DNA of 61,626 nucleotides, filler included, from Hausera hauseri (GCA_046269625.1; 8 parts of 8 records of this genome joined end to end with filler, not necessarily neighbours in it); one strand, 5' to 3'; shown: positions 37,040-51,230, numbered from the whole stretch's first letter. Program-made: numbers and translations. Notes: generated from the letters alone by a model not told the origin.

Positions 37040-40000
37040 TATGAAAGGAAGACCCTTCACAAAAGTTACCATTGAAGATTGGGAGGTTTATGCCTTAATC
37101 GACACAGGATCGAAAAATCGTTTATCAAATTAGAATTAATACCGCCGACACTACGAAAGCATCTGCAGCCAGCATCATCATCAGACCAGGCAGCATAGGA
37201 GCCTTCGGTCAAGAATCCAAACCAAAGTTTAAATGGAGTCCTCTAGTCCAATTAATGGGCCAAATCCTTGACACAACTTCGCCATAATGGACTAGCTTAC
37301 CGACGACGTAGTATTAGGATGTGATATACTGAAACAATTACCTAATGTCACAATAAATTTACAAACTGGAAAACTACTTGAACTTGGACCAGTGAAAGGG
37401 TTTAAAACCATGAAAGAAAGGAAACATGGAGAAGTATGGATCCCGTCAACGAAAATATTCTGCCCAGAATCAAAATGATAATTTATGCTCAAATCCGCGA
37501 AGATGACCAACCAGTATATTTTGAACCACAGGAAGACGTTAATCCAAATATCATACTTAGTAACATTTTGAAAAGAGTAACGACAGGAAGAGTACCAATC
37601 AGATTAGTAAATAATGCACCAACTCCCGTAAAATTTTACGCCAATACTCATTGGGCCATACTTATAAAGTATCGGCAATAACAATTGAAGAAAAGCCATA
37701 CAAATATTCTAAATTTCCACCTCATGTCGAAACGAAATTTTCACCAGAAGCGTACTGCCAATTTTACGAATTATTGTGCAAATATAAGTCGATTATTGCC
37801 CAAAATTAAGAAGATATAGGCAGAGAAAAAACGCTAAGATTGACGATCCCATTAAAAAAGAAACCTGGCTCCAATGACGAAATTGATTCGGAAGAGCAAA
37901 AGATGCCAAAATGGTACCCACCGCCTCATTCATTAAGGCCAGAAATAACTAAAGAAGTGGAACGCATGTTAAAGGCCGACATAATACGACCAAGCTACCG
38001 ATCTTGGTATTCGCCAACACTTATGGTCAAGAAAAAAGATACCACAAAACATCGATTTTGTATAGATTATTGAGCCCTAAACACACTTGTGATGAAAGAC
38101 TCATTTCCACTACCATCAGTAAAAGAAGCTTTAGACAGATTATCAGGAGCAAAATGGTTTACCACGCTAGATTTACAGTCAGGATATTGGCAGGTAGAAA
38201 TTGAAGAAGATGATCGTTATAAAACAGCATTTAAAACGCACGATGGAGTTTACGAATTTTATGTCATGCCGTTTGACATAACAACCGGTCCCGCCATATT
38301 CACCAGAATGATGAATAAGATGTTAATTGGACTAGATCACGCATTCGCATATTTAGACGATGTAATGATAGCATCAAAAACTGAAGACGAACATCTAAAG
38401 GACATCGAGAATACTCTTATGCGATTAGAACAAGCAGGATTGAAGCTGAACCCAAAGAAATGTAAATGGGCACAAAACGCTGTATCTTATCTAGGACATA
38501 CAGTCGGAGAAGGAGGATCAAAACCAGATAAATCTCTATTAAATAAAATATCGGATTGCATTGAACCCCAAAATCAGAAAGAATTAAGGAATTGGTTAGG
38601 CTTATGCGGATATTATGCCACCTACGTACCAGACAATTCGAAAATAAATGCACCATTATATCGGCTATTGAAAAAAGGCATAAAATGGAAATGGCCCGAT
38701 GTTGAACAGAAAGCATTCGACGAAATGAAGACAATTTTAATAAGTGAACCAGTGTTAAAATACCCCGACTTCAGCTTACAATTCATAATTAAAACAGACG
38801 CAAGTAAAGAAGGAATCGGTTACAAATTGGCTCAGAAACGAGAAGACGAAGAACTGGAACATCCAATTGCATATAGAGGACGATCGCTTAAGAAAGCTGA
38901 GAAAAACTATTCAGTCACTGAATTATGGACACTAGCCGTGAAAGAAGCCTTGAGACATTTTAACGTTTATGTCTACGGACAGAAAATTATTATAGTTACC
39001 GGTAATAAAGCTTTTACCACGCTAAAGGGACGGGCTAATAACCCGACGTGTAGACTGAATCGATGGATTGAGGAAATTTCACGGTACAATATTGAATTTC
39101 AGTATAAACCCGGAAGTAAACATGTAGACGCAGACGCCTTATCAAGACTGAAAACAAAGACAAGTACGATTACAACCATGAAGAAAGCTCAACTGGAAGA
39201 TTTAGTCGAGCGACAACGGACCTTGACACTAAATAAAACAATCAAAATTTCTGCCGAACAAGCTAAAGATAAAGTTATCCAACAAATAGTTAAATTTTCC
39301 GAGCAAGATGAGATACCAAAAGGACGTCAACTAAAGAAACACTTACAGAGACACGGACACAAATATTATGCATCGAGTCCAGATAATATCCTATATTACG
39401 AACGCAAAGGACGGAAACTGGTAGTCATTCCGAAAGGATTGCAACCGGAAGTATTAATGGCTGAACACGACTCACATTTAGTTGGACATATGTCGTGGAA
39501 GAAAACATTAGAAAGAATATTAAACAAGTATGACTAGCCAAGCGTTTATATCGACGTAAAGAACTGGGTAGACGCTTGTGAAGTCTGCGCAACAAAACAA
39601 AGAAAGGTGAAAAACTATATAGCAGAATTGAAACCGATCGACGTACCAGATAGACCTATGAAAGCTATGTCTATGGATATAGTAAGACCTTTACCTACGA
39701 CTCATAAAAATAATAAATACATATTGACATGCCTAGATCGTTTGACACACTTTGTGGAATTAATCGCACTGATTGATCAAAAGGCAGAAACTCTAGCAGA
39801 CGCAGTAGTGAGGAAAATCATTTGTAGATATGGACCGCCAGATCAAATACGAACCGATAGAGGAAGAAACTTTACAAGCGAATTATTTGACAAAATTTCC
39901 AAAATCTTCAAAATCGAATGATTAACTACTACCGCGTATCACCCTCAGTGCAACGGGATGGTCGAACATATGAATGCCACAGTCATACGAGTCTTATCAA

Positions 40001-40460
40001 CCGTAGTAGCGAAGGATCAAAAGGATTGGGATGAATTTTTAGAAGGAAAATAATTCGTTATTAATACTACTCCACACCCCGCCACAGGATTTACACCATT
40101 TTTATGATGTATGGACGCGAAGCAATTTTGCCTACGGACTTAGGAATGACTCCGTATTACGCAAATCCAAAAGATTTAGAGCCAAATTTCGCAGAAGTCC
40201 TACAAACGCGATTACAAAAATGTTGGAATATAGCCAGGACACTTACTCTTGAATATCAAGAACAGTTTAAGAAACAATACGATAAGAAGGGAATTGGATC
40301 TATGTACAATACCTAGTCGCAAAGAAAGGCACCTCATTAAAACTTACGCGTACTGGACGAGGACCTTACGAAGTTATTCGCATCAAACCAACTACTGTGT
40401 ACATTAATAAAAATGGTAAAGAAGAGGTAGTATCTATACAGAGAGTCGTTAAAACAGAAA
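37040..40460 (+). pseudogene. pol: Ty3/Gypsy pol (PR-RT-RNase H-integrase with GPY motif)
   Basis: ALIDTGS; RFCIDY, LDLQSGYWQV, KTAFKT, YLDD; TDAS, NYSVTEL, DADALSR; H..GH..CEVC, MDIVRPLP, TDRGRNF, TAYHPQCNGMVE, GRGPYEV. Confidence 0.97.
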
Positions 40461-40539
40461 TAAAACTTGAAAAACGCTATAATCTGCAATCTAGTTCGCA
40501 TCAAGATAAAAAGAAAACAAAAACGTCCTCTATAATCAA

Positions 40540-41333
40540 TAGACCAATATCTTACATTCAAATAGTTTTAGCATTATCGCTAATTGTCTCCTATATCCCG
40601 AGAACACAAGCTAGAGGGTGGTACGATAGTTACGGAGTTCGAACAGTCGAAGGAAATTAAAGACAAGAATATATAAGAAGATTACAAGCAATAAGGATCC
40701 ACTGTTACTCGCCTAACTCCACATGCGTCGGATTTAAAACACGGAAACTACATCGGAATTCTGGAAGGATCCAAATTGTCTTAGATGATGTAATAACAAG
40801 AGAAACAACGAATTGTGACTTGGAGTCCTGAGAACGTACGCAATGTTGCGACATAGATTTCGGACATCAAGAAGTAAAACGGAACGAAATATTGCGATCC
40901 ACTGACCCAGACATAAGATTACTAAACGAAAACATCCAGCGAATCTCCGTGAATAAGAAAAGACAATGTATTCAAGTAAATACTCGGAGGGAGCTAACCG
41001 TCAGTCGGGAAATCAGTATCGTGTTCGAGGCAGTAATAGGACTAACTCCGAAAATAGAATATTGTTCCATTCGGGCAGGTGTACAACATCCGTGTTGTAA
41101 AATACCCGTGAACCAAGAATTTAAAATAAGATTTGACTTATACGAAATACGGCCTAATCAACCAAGCATACAATTACGAATCTACTATCCAGAAAACAGA
41201 ATTAGGAAAATTGCAATAAAAACCTGGACTAAAAAGTCGACCGCTCGAATTATCACGACGAACAATATATCTAAAACAAAAATTGAAGACATACCTATCA
41301 GATATTCGGTCCATCAGGATAGAATAGTGTTCT
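40540..41333 (+). pseudogene. Post-integrase ORF led by a signal-peptide-like segment (putative secreted/surface protein), open to contig end
   Basis: YIQIVLALSLIVSYIPRTQA in frame with the integrase C-terminus, followed by Cys-containing sequence with two point stops. Confidence 0.55.
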
Positions 41334-41433
41334 NNNNNNNNNNNNNNNNNNNNNNNNNNNNNNNNNNNNNNNNNNNNTTAATTAATTAANNNNNNNNNNN
41401 NNNNNNNNNNNNNNNNNNNNNNNNNNNNNNNNN

Positions 41434-43450
41434 CCATAAGCTGCCTTCACTGAACAATCTGTATTTAATTTTTTCTAGATATTTAAGTCTTTTTTCTGCC
41501 ATGTGTGTGGATTCCAGTATATCTTCCATTTTGTCTTTCCAAGGCAGACAAATTTCGTATCTTCCATCTTCAGTTTTCTTTATCTTATTCTTTGTAAGTT
41601 GAAATATTTTCTCGTCCAACTTTGACCAAGGTTCTTTTTCCTCAGTCGAATTTTCTATTTCCCATAATCTTTTCATATTTTCATTCATTTCACCTACCCT
41701 GGTCCAGTATGTTCGTACCAGGCTATTGCGTATTCATCCACCCTTTCGTTTATTCAGAATCCCGTCGCACGTACAACCAAGAGAAGTCAATCTGGCTATT
41801 GGACCTCCTGACTTCCCTAAGATTTCTTTTATAGATCTGTATGTAATTAGCACCTATAATCTCATCCACATGTTTATTTTCTCCACCGCCTTTTTTCTAT
41901 AGTCCAATCAACAACGTTCATGCTACCTGTTGGCTTTTTCATGGACAGTGCATCTAATCGTTCACAAATATTATTGTCCAAACTTTGTAAGATCCTGTGA
42001 ACTCTCGTCATCTTTTGTTTTTGTTGCATGCCTCCGACTACCGCCACTGTAACATCCTCTTCATTTCCACTGAGTTTCAATTGTAGTGCAATGTCTTCTT
42101 CGAGAAAACTCTCAGTACTAGTATCGTCTAGTTGCATATTCGTTTTAATTTTCACCTTTTCGTTAATTAAATTCACTGACATGGTACTCAAGGCTAATTT
42201 CTCTTGAAATTCGGATTTTTCATCTTCTATTTTCGTCATATAAGTCGGTTTCTCTGTGATATCGAAATCATTTGCTTAACAGCCATTTGTTATTCTCAGT
42301 TTGAAAATATGTGCAAGGTTTTTGATTAACATTTTTATAATCATTTTTATCACCTTTTTCGTGTCGAAATGAACAAGATTCGCCAAAATGGCATTTTCCT
42401 ACTTGGAAATATTTTCAAGGTCTCTGTCGGGTTTCTGTATCTCCTCGACAGTTATTACATAATTCATTTCCGTTTCCTTTAGTGTTAAGCTTAATTTTGT
42501 TTGTTAACTTAGATTTTTCATCTTCCCTACTAGTAAGAAAGGAACTCTTCACAAATTTTTCAGAATATCTAATTTTATTTGGCATTAAGGCTTTTATTCC
42601 GTAAACTCCCTCCGCAGCGACGCGTTTTAGTTTCGCTTCTTTTTCTACCCATGCCCTTAAACCCTGCACATTCCGCTTTTTGTCTTTATCCTAACAGTAA
42701 CGTTCTCAAGTGAATACCATAACTTCGGGCAGCTTTTGGTTCAAATTTTGGTTCAACAGACCGCCTTCCAACTCTGTTTCACTGTCTAAATGTTTCAACC
42801 TAACAATTACCGAATCCAGTAACGTGGCGAAAGAATCTAATTCTTTTATATTATGTTTACTATTTTTTGAAACATAAAAGAGGCGTAAAAGCGGCGTAAC
42901 TTTTCTTATTCCCGCCATAATAACGTTCCAACTTTTCAATGGCTGCCTTGTAGGCACCTTCGGAGAGGTCATAAATCTGAACCAAACGTTTTGCCTCGCC
43001 ATACAAATAGTTCTCTAATTGAATTTGTTTATCTATGAACGAAAGTAACGTTTTATCAACGAAAGTCTTGAAAATTAGTTGCCTTTTTTCGAATTCCGCG
43101 ACATTTCCCCCAAATGTTGAAACTTCGATGAGTTTTAACTTTGGCGCTAAATATTCGTTACGCATTTTTGCATCTGATTTATCATCTAACGTTACAAGAC
43201 TTCTCATTTAAATCATTTTTACTGTCTTCATTTTGTGCTTCGATGGTTCTTGATTTGTCAATTAATTCTGCCAACTCCACCCTTTTCTTTATTCTCCTTG
43301 CATACACTTTTAATGCTCTGGTTTCAATTGACAATTTTTTGAAATTCTCGTCCTGTAGATTGTTTTCGTGTTTGAATTCGTTCTCTGCCAATTCTGCATT
43401 CATTAATGACTTTCTTTGTATAATCATTTCATATTTTAATTCATCCTTGG
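41434..43450 (-). mobile_element. BEL/Pao LTR retrotransposon fragment (gag DUF1759-like, protease, RT start)
   Basis: LKLIEVSTFGGNVAEF..FKTFVD..K..QLENYLYGEAK..YKAAIEKLERYYG; QKLP; LDDTSTESFL; LWEIE..DGRYEICLPWK. Confidence 0.88.
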
Positions 43451-45819
43451 CTAATAAGTGGTTTTAAAACTCTTCATTTTTATTTGCGCTTCCTCCCTGC
43501 AATCCATTATTTATATTTATAGTTGCACCGTGTGGAATCTTCTGTTACGTTTCGTTTTCATTCCATTTCTTATCTTGTACATAATCATAAAATTCTTCGT
43601 TTTTATCATGTATTTCTCAGTTATCCTTTCTTTTAGCACTTTAATCGTCTATGTTCCGCATCTATTAATAACGACTGGTGGGTTCTGGTTTACTTTTACA
43701 ATTATTTGTTTTGACTTTGATCCTCCAAGGTTTTCTAATGACCCTTTTTGCCATACCAATTTTCTTGTAAAAATTGATTTCGTTATACTCATTGGCATAT
43801 TTCTGAACTCGACATTTTTAACTAATTGATATTTGTTCATTTGGCAATACCCCCGACATATGATTGATTAATTTTCTGATTTTTACTTTTTTCAATCATC
43901 TGTTGTGACTTTAATAAAGGTCGGTAGTTATATAACTATATTATTCTAATTATGAGAACGACAGTGGGTGTTCATTTGCTTAGACATGGGTTATACAGGG
44001 TAAAACAAGGTTAAGTAAAAAACATTTCGTTATTATTAATTGGATTTTAATGACAACTTTCCTGTAAGATGTAAAAGATACTTTTTGAGGGAATTTGTTA
44101 GCTTATGATCATTAATGAGGAAGGTTATAAACCATTTATTTTTGTCATCTGATTTTCGATTTTTACAGGGATGAGTTACAATTGAACATTTCAAGTACAA
44201 TCGGCAATAATATATAACAGACATGAAACCTGACCTTTAAAATTGAAAAACATTCCATATCTTTGGCTGATTTGAATCGAGTATCGTCGTCGGAGTATTG
44301 CAAGATTTGATCGAAGGGCGTTCAAACCGATCTTTATGCTAGTTTATTTGTACATTTGTTATTATTTCAAAGGCCAATAGGAAAACCGGTTTTGAAAGGT
44401 TGTCCACACTTAATAGCATAGTAAACATCACGGATTTTTAAGTGGATCCGAAACCTTATCGAAATCAATAATTGTAGCTCTAAAGAGGGCCGTTAACATT
44501 CTCAAATCTATTTCAACTCGGACTGTATTAATCAGTTGGTTTAGTGACGAATAAACATAACCCAATCATTTGATCTCCACTGATGTATCGTCATTTTGTC
44601 TTTTGGATTCGCTATAAAAGAACCCTGTTTTGAATTATCGTCTTTGCTGGATTTTACATCTTCACGAGAATCAACAAAGTGTCTTTCTTCGTCCGTGAAA
44701 TTTGCATACTCTCCGTCTTCCAGTAAAGTGTTGTTAACAATCGATATTTGGTCTGAGATTGAATCTTTGCCTTGCTGTCGTTTGTGTGTTCATTAAGTTG
44801 AGAAGGTTCAGCAACATCATCTTCAACATCATATTTTACATTATCCTCATTTGGAATCATGTCCGTTTTGTCTTCTATGTGTTTCAATGATTTCCTTTTT
44901 ATACATATCCCTCTGTTTATGCCCTATACATTTACTACAAGTCCACTTTTGTTTTGTTTTATATTTTCTTGTATCGTACATATAACTGACAGCCAGTACA
45001 TTAAGAACATTTTTTTGATTTGATCGTCACTTGACTTACCTATATTGACTTCTGTTATTTCTTTTTCGATCTCAACGGACAGTGGATAAGCCTCAGCCAA
45101 CAACAGCCAATATGTCAGGTTCGTTAGCCTTTATTTCAGAAATGAATTATTTGTGCTTCTTCATCTCACTGGATAAATTAAGCTTATCTTCATAACCGGT
45201 ATCCTGGACGACAAATAGTTTACCACGAATCCATGTTTTATGATCGGATATTTTCTGAACCAGTTCTTGATACTGCTTTTCTGTAAACAGAGTCTTGTGA
45301 GTTGACGAAATTTTTTCTTTCAATTGCTCCATGGCTTTTTTGAGTTTTGTGTATTTCTCTTCAGCTTGGTCCAGTTGATTTACCTGATAATGAATTAACA
45401 AAGGAACCCACGTGTTCAACCGTACTTTATCGGCGCGCAATTGAGTCAGAGATTCTAGAAGGGAACCCGAAATAGTTTTCCGTTCTCGAACAGAAACCAA
45501 AGATTCGAGTGAACGTTTCTTTTCCAACTTTTCTACTACTTCTTCTAAAGGTGATAAGGTTTCTTTTTCTTTGAATTTGGAAAGTGAATCGCAATCCTTT
45601 TCTTGTGAAGATATCCATTGCATTTCAGCTTCGCATCTTTCCAAGAAAGTCTAAAATAAAATATATCATGAGGACTCATCTAAAGAATAACACAATACAT
45701 TACCAACTNNNNNNNNNNATTATTACAAAATTCTGGATAGTAAGGCCATACTTTTAACTTAACAATTACATGTCTATTGAGGCTTCGAAACTCGTGCTAA
45801 TGACAATTCGTGCGAATTC

Positions 45820-46443
45820 TCTTGGATGTCCACGATGTGATAATTTCAATCGAGGAAAAAAGAAAAAGTCACATGGAGCCATATATGGCGAATACGGTGC
45901 TTATGGTAAGACATTTACTTGATTTTTGATGAAATGCTGACGAATAATTAAGGTTGCATGCGATGGCGCGTTATCGTGATGCAGAAACCATGAATTGTTT
46001 CGCAATAATTCTGGTCGTTTTTTACGAAATAACTCAGGTAAACGACGCAAACGGTCTAAATAATATTCTTTGTTGACTGTTTGGCCAGTTGGAAGGAACT
46101 TTTGTGGACAACGCCACGATAGTTGAAGAAAACAGTCAAAATGCCTTTGATTTTTGACTTGCTTCGATGTGATTTTTTCAGTTTTGCTTCTCCAGCAGCA
46201 TGACATTCACTGAATTGTTGAGCTGTTATCATGTCATAAACATTGAACTAAGTCTCATCGCCAGTAATTATGCATTTCAGATCATCATCAGTCATAGAAA
46301 ATATCTCTTCAGCCACTTGAACACGACATTGTTTTTCAAACATATTCAAAGCTTTTGGAACAAGACCAGAATACACACGAGACAATCCCAAATCGTCCTT
46401 TAAAATGGTTCGTATTGATCCTTTTGATATACCAACAAGATCG
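45820..46443 (-). mobile_element. mariner transposase fragment
   Basis: FLPTGQTVNKEYY..KKRPEL..WFLHHDNAPSH, APYSPYMAPCDFFFFPRLK. Confidence 0.92.
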
Positions 46444-46553
46444 NNNNNNNNNNNNNNNNNNNNNNNNNNNNNNNNNNNNNNNNNNNNTTAATTAATTAAN
46501 NNNNNNNNNNNNNNNNNNNNNNNNNNNNNNNNNNNNNNNNNNNCGCCGAAAAT

Positions 46554-49500
46554 ATGGCAGAAAACCAGGCAGTAGCTCAAAAATTGGATATTTTTACATT
46601 TGACTCGTTAAATTTGCCCGAATATGACGGAGATCCGGACGGACTCAGTGAATTCTTAAGGACATATAAGTTGCATGCAGAAGGTGCTGAACTAGCAGCT
46701 AACGTAATGATCAAGCATCTATCCTTATATTTAAAGAATCTGGCCGCTGATGCCTATAGTGAACTCACAGATGACAAAAAGAAAACTTAATCCTCACTGG
46801 TAGGAGCCTTAAATCGAAAATTGTTACCGACTGTAACTCCTCAGCAGAAATTCATGGCTTTTCAGAATAGAGTACAACAAAAGGGTGACTCGATAACCCA
46901 ATTCGCTTTTGCATTAAAGGAATTGGCAAATAGTTACGTAAGCACAGTAAGAATAGCAAACATAACAAAGGCTAAAAACGAAGCAGAACGTGAAGCCGCA
47001 GAAAAGGCAAGTTCTCCTGATTTAGACGTCATGATGATGACGCAATTAATAAATGGTATTTGGGCTAAATACATAGTAAAGCAATTGATTCTTGTACACC
47101 CCGAGAATTTTTATAGGACATTGCAATTAGCCCAAGATTTAGAAATGGCATTGGCCCGATATACTAGAGACAATGACAGAAATGACAGAAACAATGATCA
47201 CGGCGAACAAAGCGATAGAGATCGAAATAATAGAAGTGATAGACGATTTAACAGGAATTATGGGGATCGGAACAAGAACAGTAATTATGATCGCAGAAAC
47301 GACCGATACAGTAATCAGAATTTTGATAATAGTCGAAATTATTTTCCTAGTAAATCAAACTATCATATGGATAAAGGCCTGGATTTCTCCAAAAAATTTA
47401 ATCGGCAGAATGATAGCCGAAATTACGATAATCGCCAATATGGAGACCCTAGACAGACTCCGTCGCAGCAAAGCTATAATAGAAATCCAATTAGATCGAA
47501 ATTTCCGTTAAACGAAGATGGCAGACAGAGAATCGGTAAAAATGGCAACTTAATTTGTTATACATGTGGACAAGAAGGACACATAACGAGGTCCTGTCCA
47601 AATCCGCGAAGTGTCTCGTTTTTCGAACCTAGTAAAACTAATGTAATTAAAAATGAAAATTTAGAAGCAATTTACGGTGTTCGTAGAGACACAGGTATGA
47701 TTATTGAGATACAGGATTTACGACGTTTCTTAAAGGCTCAGCCCGTAACTAATGACCCCAAAGTTTTAGTGGCTGTAAACGAATATGAGCACAATTTACG
47801 ACTAATGGAAGTTTACCATGTCCTGCGTGAACTAGAAACGGAATATGAACGTTCTATTGCCCCTCCAAGGCTTACTGATATGGCACGGAAAAAGAACGTT
47901 CCTACCATAAACAAAAAGTTAGATAAAGTACAAAAGCCTGAGACACCGGGCGAAGCAGATTTTGATGTAGAACCTAATTATACCATAAAAACGGTATCTA
48001 AGGAGGCAGAGGTCAAAGAAAAAGAAGAATTTCTTGAACCACTTATACTTAAAATTACCAAGAATAAAGGCCGTAGCCCATCGCTGAGACGGAAACGTAA
48101 GGATCGTTCGAGATCCCCGATGGGTAAGAAGCCGGACACAAAGAGACATGCGGAAATCGCGTTAGAGAGTGACACTGAGTTTGATTCGAACACTCCTGAA
48201 ATTAAGGAAATGGGTAGCGAAACGGTATCCATGAATGAAATAAATGATATATGTCCTTTACTCACTAGCGAATAAGAAGCGGAACAGAAGGAGAAACTCG
48301 ATCCCAAAAAGTGGAAGATCAGACGCTCGTGGAAAAGTGCAGAGGAGTTAAAAAGAATGAGGACAAATTGTCGAAACCCAGAGGTATTACGACAGAACCT
48401 AGAGAAACTCAAGGCAATGAGCGAACAAGTGGATATTTCTGGTAAGGAACAGCAGTTTGTAGAAAGACTATATAAAAATATGAAACTATGTAGTGAAGGG
48501 AAACTAAGTGAAGCTATAGATTTAGATCAGCAAGAAGAAGTGTTAATAGAAACACTAATCCAGTGGAAACGCGAATTAGACCGCTGCATGAAAGGTGAGA
48601 CGAAAACTCCAGAGACGTGGGATAAAACTACCCAAAGCATTGAAACTAGAATCAATCAAGCCCAGTCGTTATTAAATACACTAGAAGCTAATCCGAAATT
48701 AAAAAGAGTAGTACGTAACTTAGAGCGTGTTATGGATAAAATTAGATTCATCGTAGTCGACAGACTAAAAAAGAAGCCGGTTAAAGAACGAACTGAGGTC
48801 GATCTAGAAATAATGGGTATACATGCATTAGACATTCCGCCCTTAATGGAAATGTTAAAAATCGCTTCTACTGCGACAAGGCAATACACCAATCTGGAAA
48901 ATCGTATTAAAATTGAAGTCGAAAAACGGTCGCAAATATATAGTCTAAAGAGTAGAATTATGCACCCAAATAACGAGGAAATCCAGAGAATAATTATAGC
49001 TTGTATCCTCGAATTCGACGAATATAAAGACGAGTTTAACTATGCCTGCCGGATCACCGATTTTATTAGAGGTCCGGATGATGAGCTAAAAGACGCCCGC
49101 AAAATGTTAAACAAAGCTATGTTGGCAAAGCTAGAAATCTCTAATCAATTAAACGAGTGATCCAAAATAATAACAAGGTTGGGTGGATTAATAAACAGTC
49201 GGAAAAACGAATTTCCGGAGAGCGAACCTACAGTGAAGAAGCAATTGGAAGAAGACGCCCGAAATTTGGATACGATGAAAGTAGAAATTGATATTCGAAC
49301 CCAATTCAAGTCACTGCGTCGGTTGAACTTTATGGACAAGAAACAAGAAATGATCATACTAGATGACATATATAAAGCGATAGAAGAAACAAATTTTACA
49401 CAAAAACGAAATCGGATTCATGACCTCTATTCAAGTTTGAGAAAAGTCCGCCTAGAAGAAATTCAAAATTTGACCACCAAGCCTATAGAAGAAATATCGA

Positions 49501-51230
49501 TCCGTGATCTTAAGACGTTAGACGTTTGTTCAGACTACTTGTCGACCCTCGAAGAGGTAGTAACATTCTTACATCAACCCCAGGAAAGGGTGGCTGGAAC
49601 TGATCAAAGGTACCATACCGAACTAACTAAAATAAGGAATGACCAACATCTTAATTTCGAAGAGGACAAATTCGTAAAAAGGTTACTCGACAAAATAGAT
49701 CCAGACTCAAAAATTATCAATGAGATGCATGAATTAGTACTACTAATGGTGGAAATGGCAGAAATCAGTGATGAGAAATTAAGACAGATATTGCCACAGA
49801 TACGACAAGTTAAAGAAACTTGCATTAAAAACAAACAAAGAGCAATGAGATTGGACGAATTAACTAAAGAATTGGAATCATATAAAGTTAAGTATGCTCT
49901 TATAGAAGCACAAAAGAGTGACAAGTCGCAATTTGTGCAAAGATGGCAAAGAGACGTAGCTTCCGAGTTAATTAATTATCAGGAAAAGGGATTTATATCA
50001 GCCGAAGAACTATGCCAGCTGCTAACCGTATTACGCCGAACTTCCGAAAATGGACGTTGTTTTCGAACCATTCAGAGTTACAGTGCAACAAAAACTACGA
50101 GAATTAAGAGAATTAGTAAAGGAAGCAAACTTAGCCCGGCCGTTAAGAACCCCGGAAGCCGATTTCGGATTACCCGAAGATGAGAACGAATGGGACGCAT
50201 ACCTGAACGCAATAATCGCCGAAAGTCTGAAAACTCCAGTACACTTGAACGAACCGGTAACTAGCCCGCCAGATCAGAAATTCCGTGTAGAAATGCTTCT
50301 AGATCCGGCACAGACTGAAAAGGATCTATTTAGGTTAATCAATGTAGACCTCACTGAAAATCACTTAAACGGTTGATCCCCACTCTAACCAAATTGGCCA
50401 GGGATGGTACAGTCTATAGTGCTGTGCCAAAACTTTTAATCAAGAAATATACAGAATTCTTGAGGACAAGGCCCGAAGAGGCAATTAAAGTAAAAATAAC
50501 GGCTGACTGGATGGATGAAAAGGAGCAAGAGTTCACTACGCACTCCTCTGTAAAGGATGTATTACTATGGATGAAGAACAATGGTTACGCCCATGAGCTA
50601 GACTATAGACTCTATTTTAGAGGAAGGATACTGGGCGAGTCGGAGTTATTGATAGAAGTTGGAATTATTCCCGATGAGATAAACCGGTTAGTGGTAACCA
50701 TCGCTATTGACGAAACAAAGGAGGAGGCTATAAGAAAAGCGAAAGCAGAACAGCAGGTAGGACGCATAATAGGAGTAATAAAAAATTAAATTAAAGTAAT
50801 ATATTTTGAGTGCCTGCAGACAGACGACGATAATGAGCAATATGATAAAAATTTGGTACCTCCAAACGGTAGTGTCCCCGTTCCAACAAAACCAAAGCGA
50901 CCTGTGGGTAGACCACGGAAGACACGGGAAGAAATAGACTATAATGGAGACCTAATTAAAGAATTCAGACAATTGTCCATACCGACCTTTAGTGCGGATA
51001 ATGAGGAACTAAACGAATTGATGAAGGATTTGATACGAATAGTAAATCACTCTAGTCTAAGTGGTTATGTATTGGATGAGAAAGAAAAGACTATAGCGAA
51101 CGCCGCAAAGGCGATGAAAGATCTTCGGTGTAAATTATCGAGAAATACCTTAAGCGAGGAAATAATAATTGAGAAAATTATGATAGAAAATACTACAGAG
51201 AAATTGAGAAACGAGTTACTATATCAGTAG
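46554..51230 (+). mobile_element. gag: Large Ty3/Gypsy element copy 2: Gag (capsid, CCHC knuckle) plus a roughly 1200-codon extension with UBL and AT-hook
   Basis: LPEYDGDP..FL..Y, RVQQKGDSITQFAFALKELA, CYTCGQEGHITRSC; one frame from 46554 to about 50050 with three point stops; YRLYFRGRIL UBL; KRPVGRPRK. Confidence 0.9.

Larger units (their letters stand above)
30945..41333 (+). mobile_element. Large Ty3/Gypsy element copy 1: Gag extension - glycoprotein - PR-RT-RH-INT - extra ORF
   Basis: Continuous co-oriented decayed coding sequence; pol order PR-RT-RH-INT; 5' part homologous to 47780-51230. Confidence 0.92.

Noticed and set aside
44596-45644. Coiled-coil ORFs upstream of BEL/Pao
   Set aside because: No diagnostic motif; cannot be assigned
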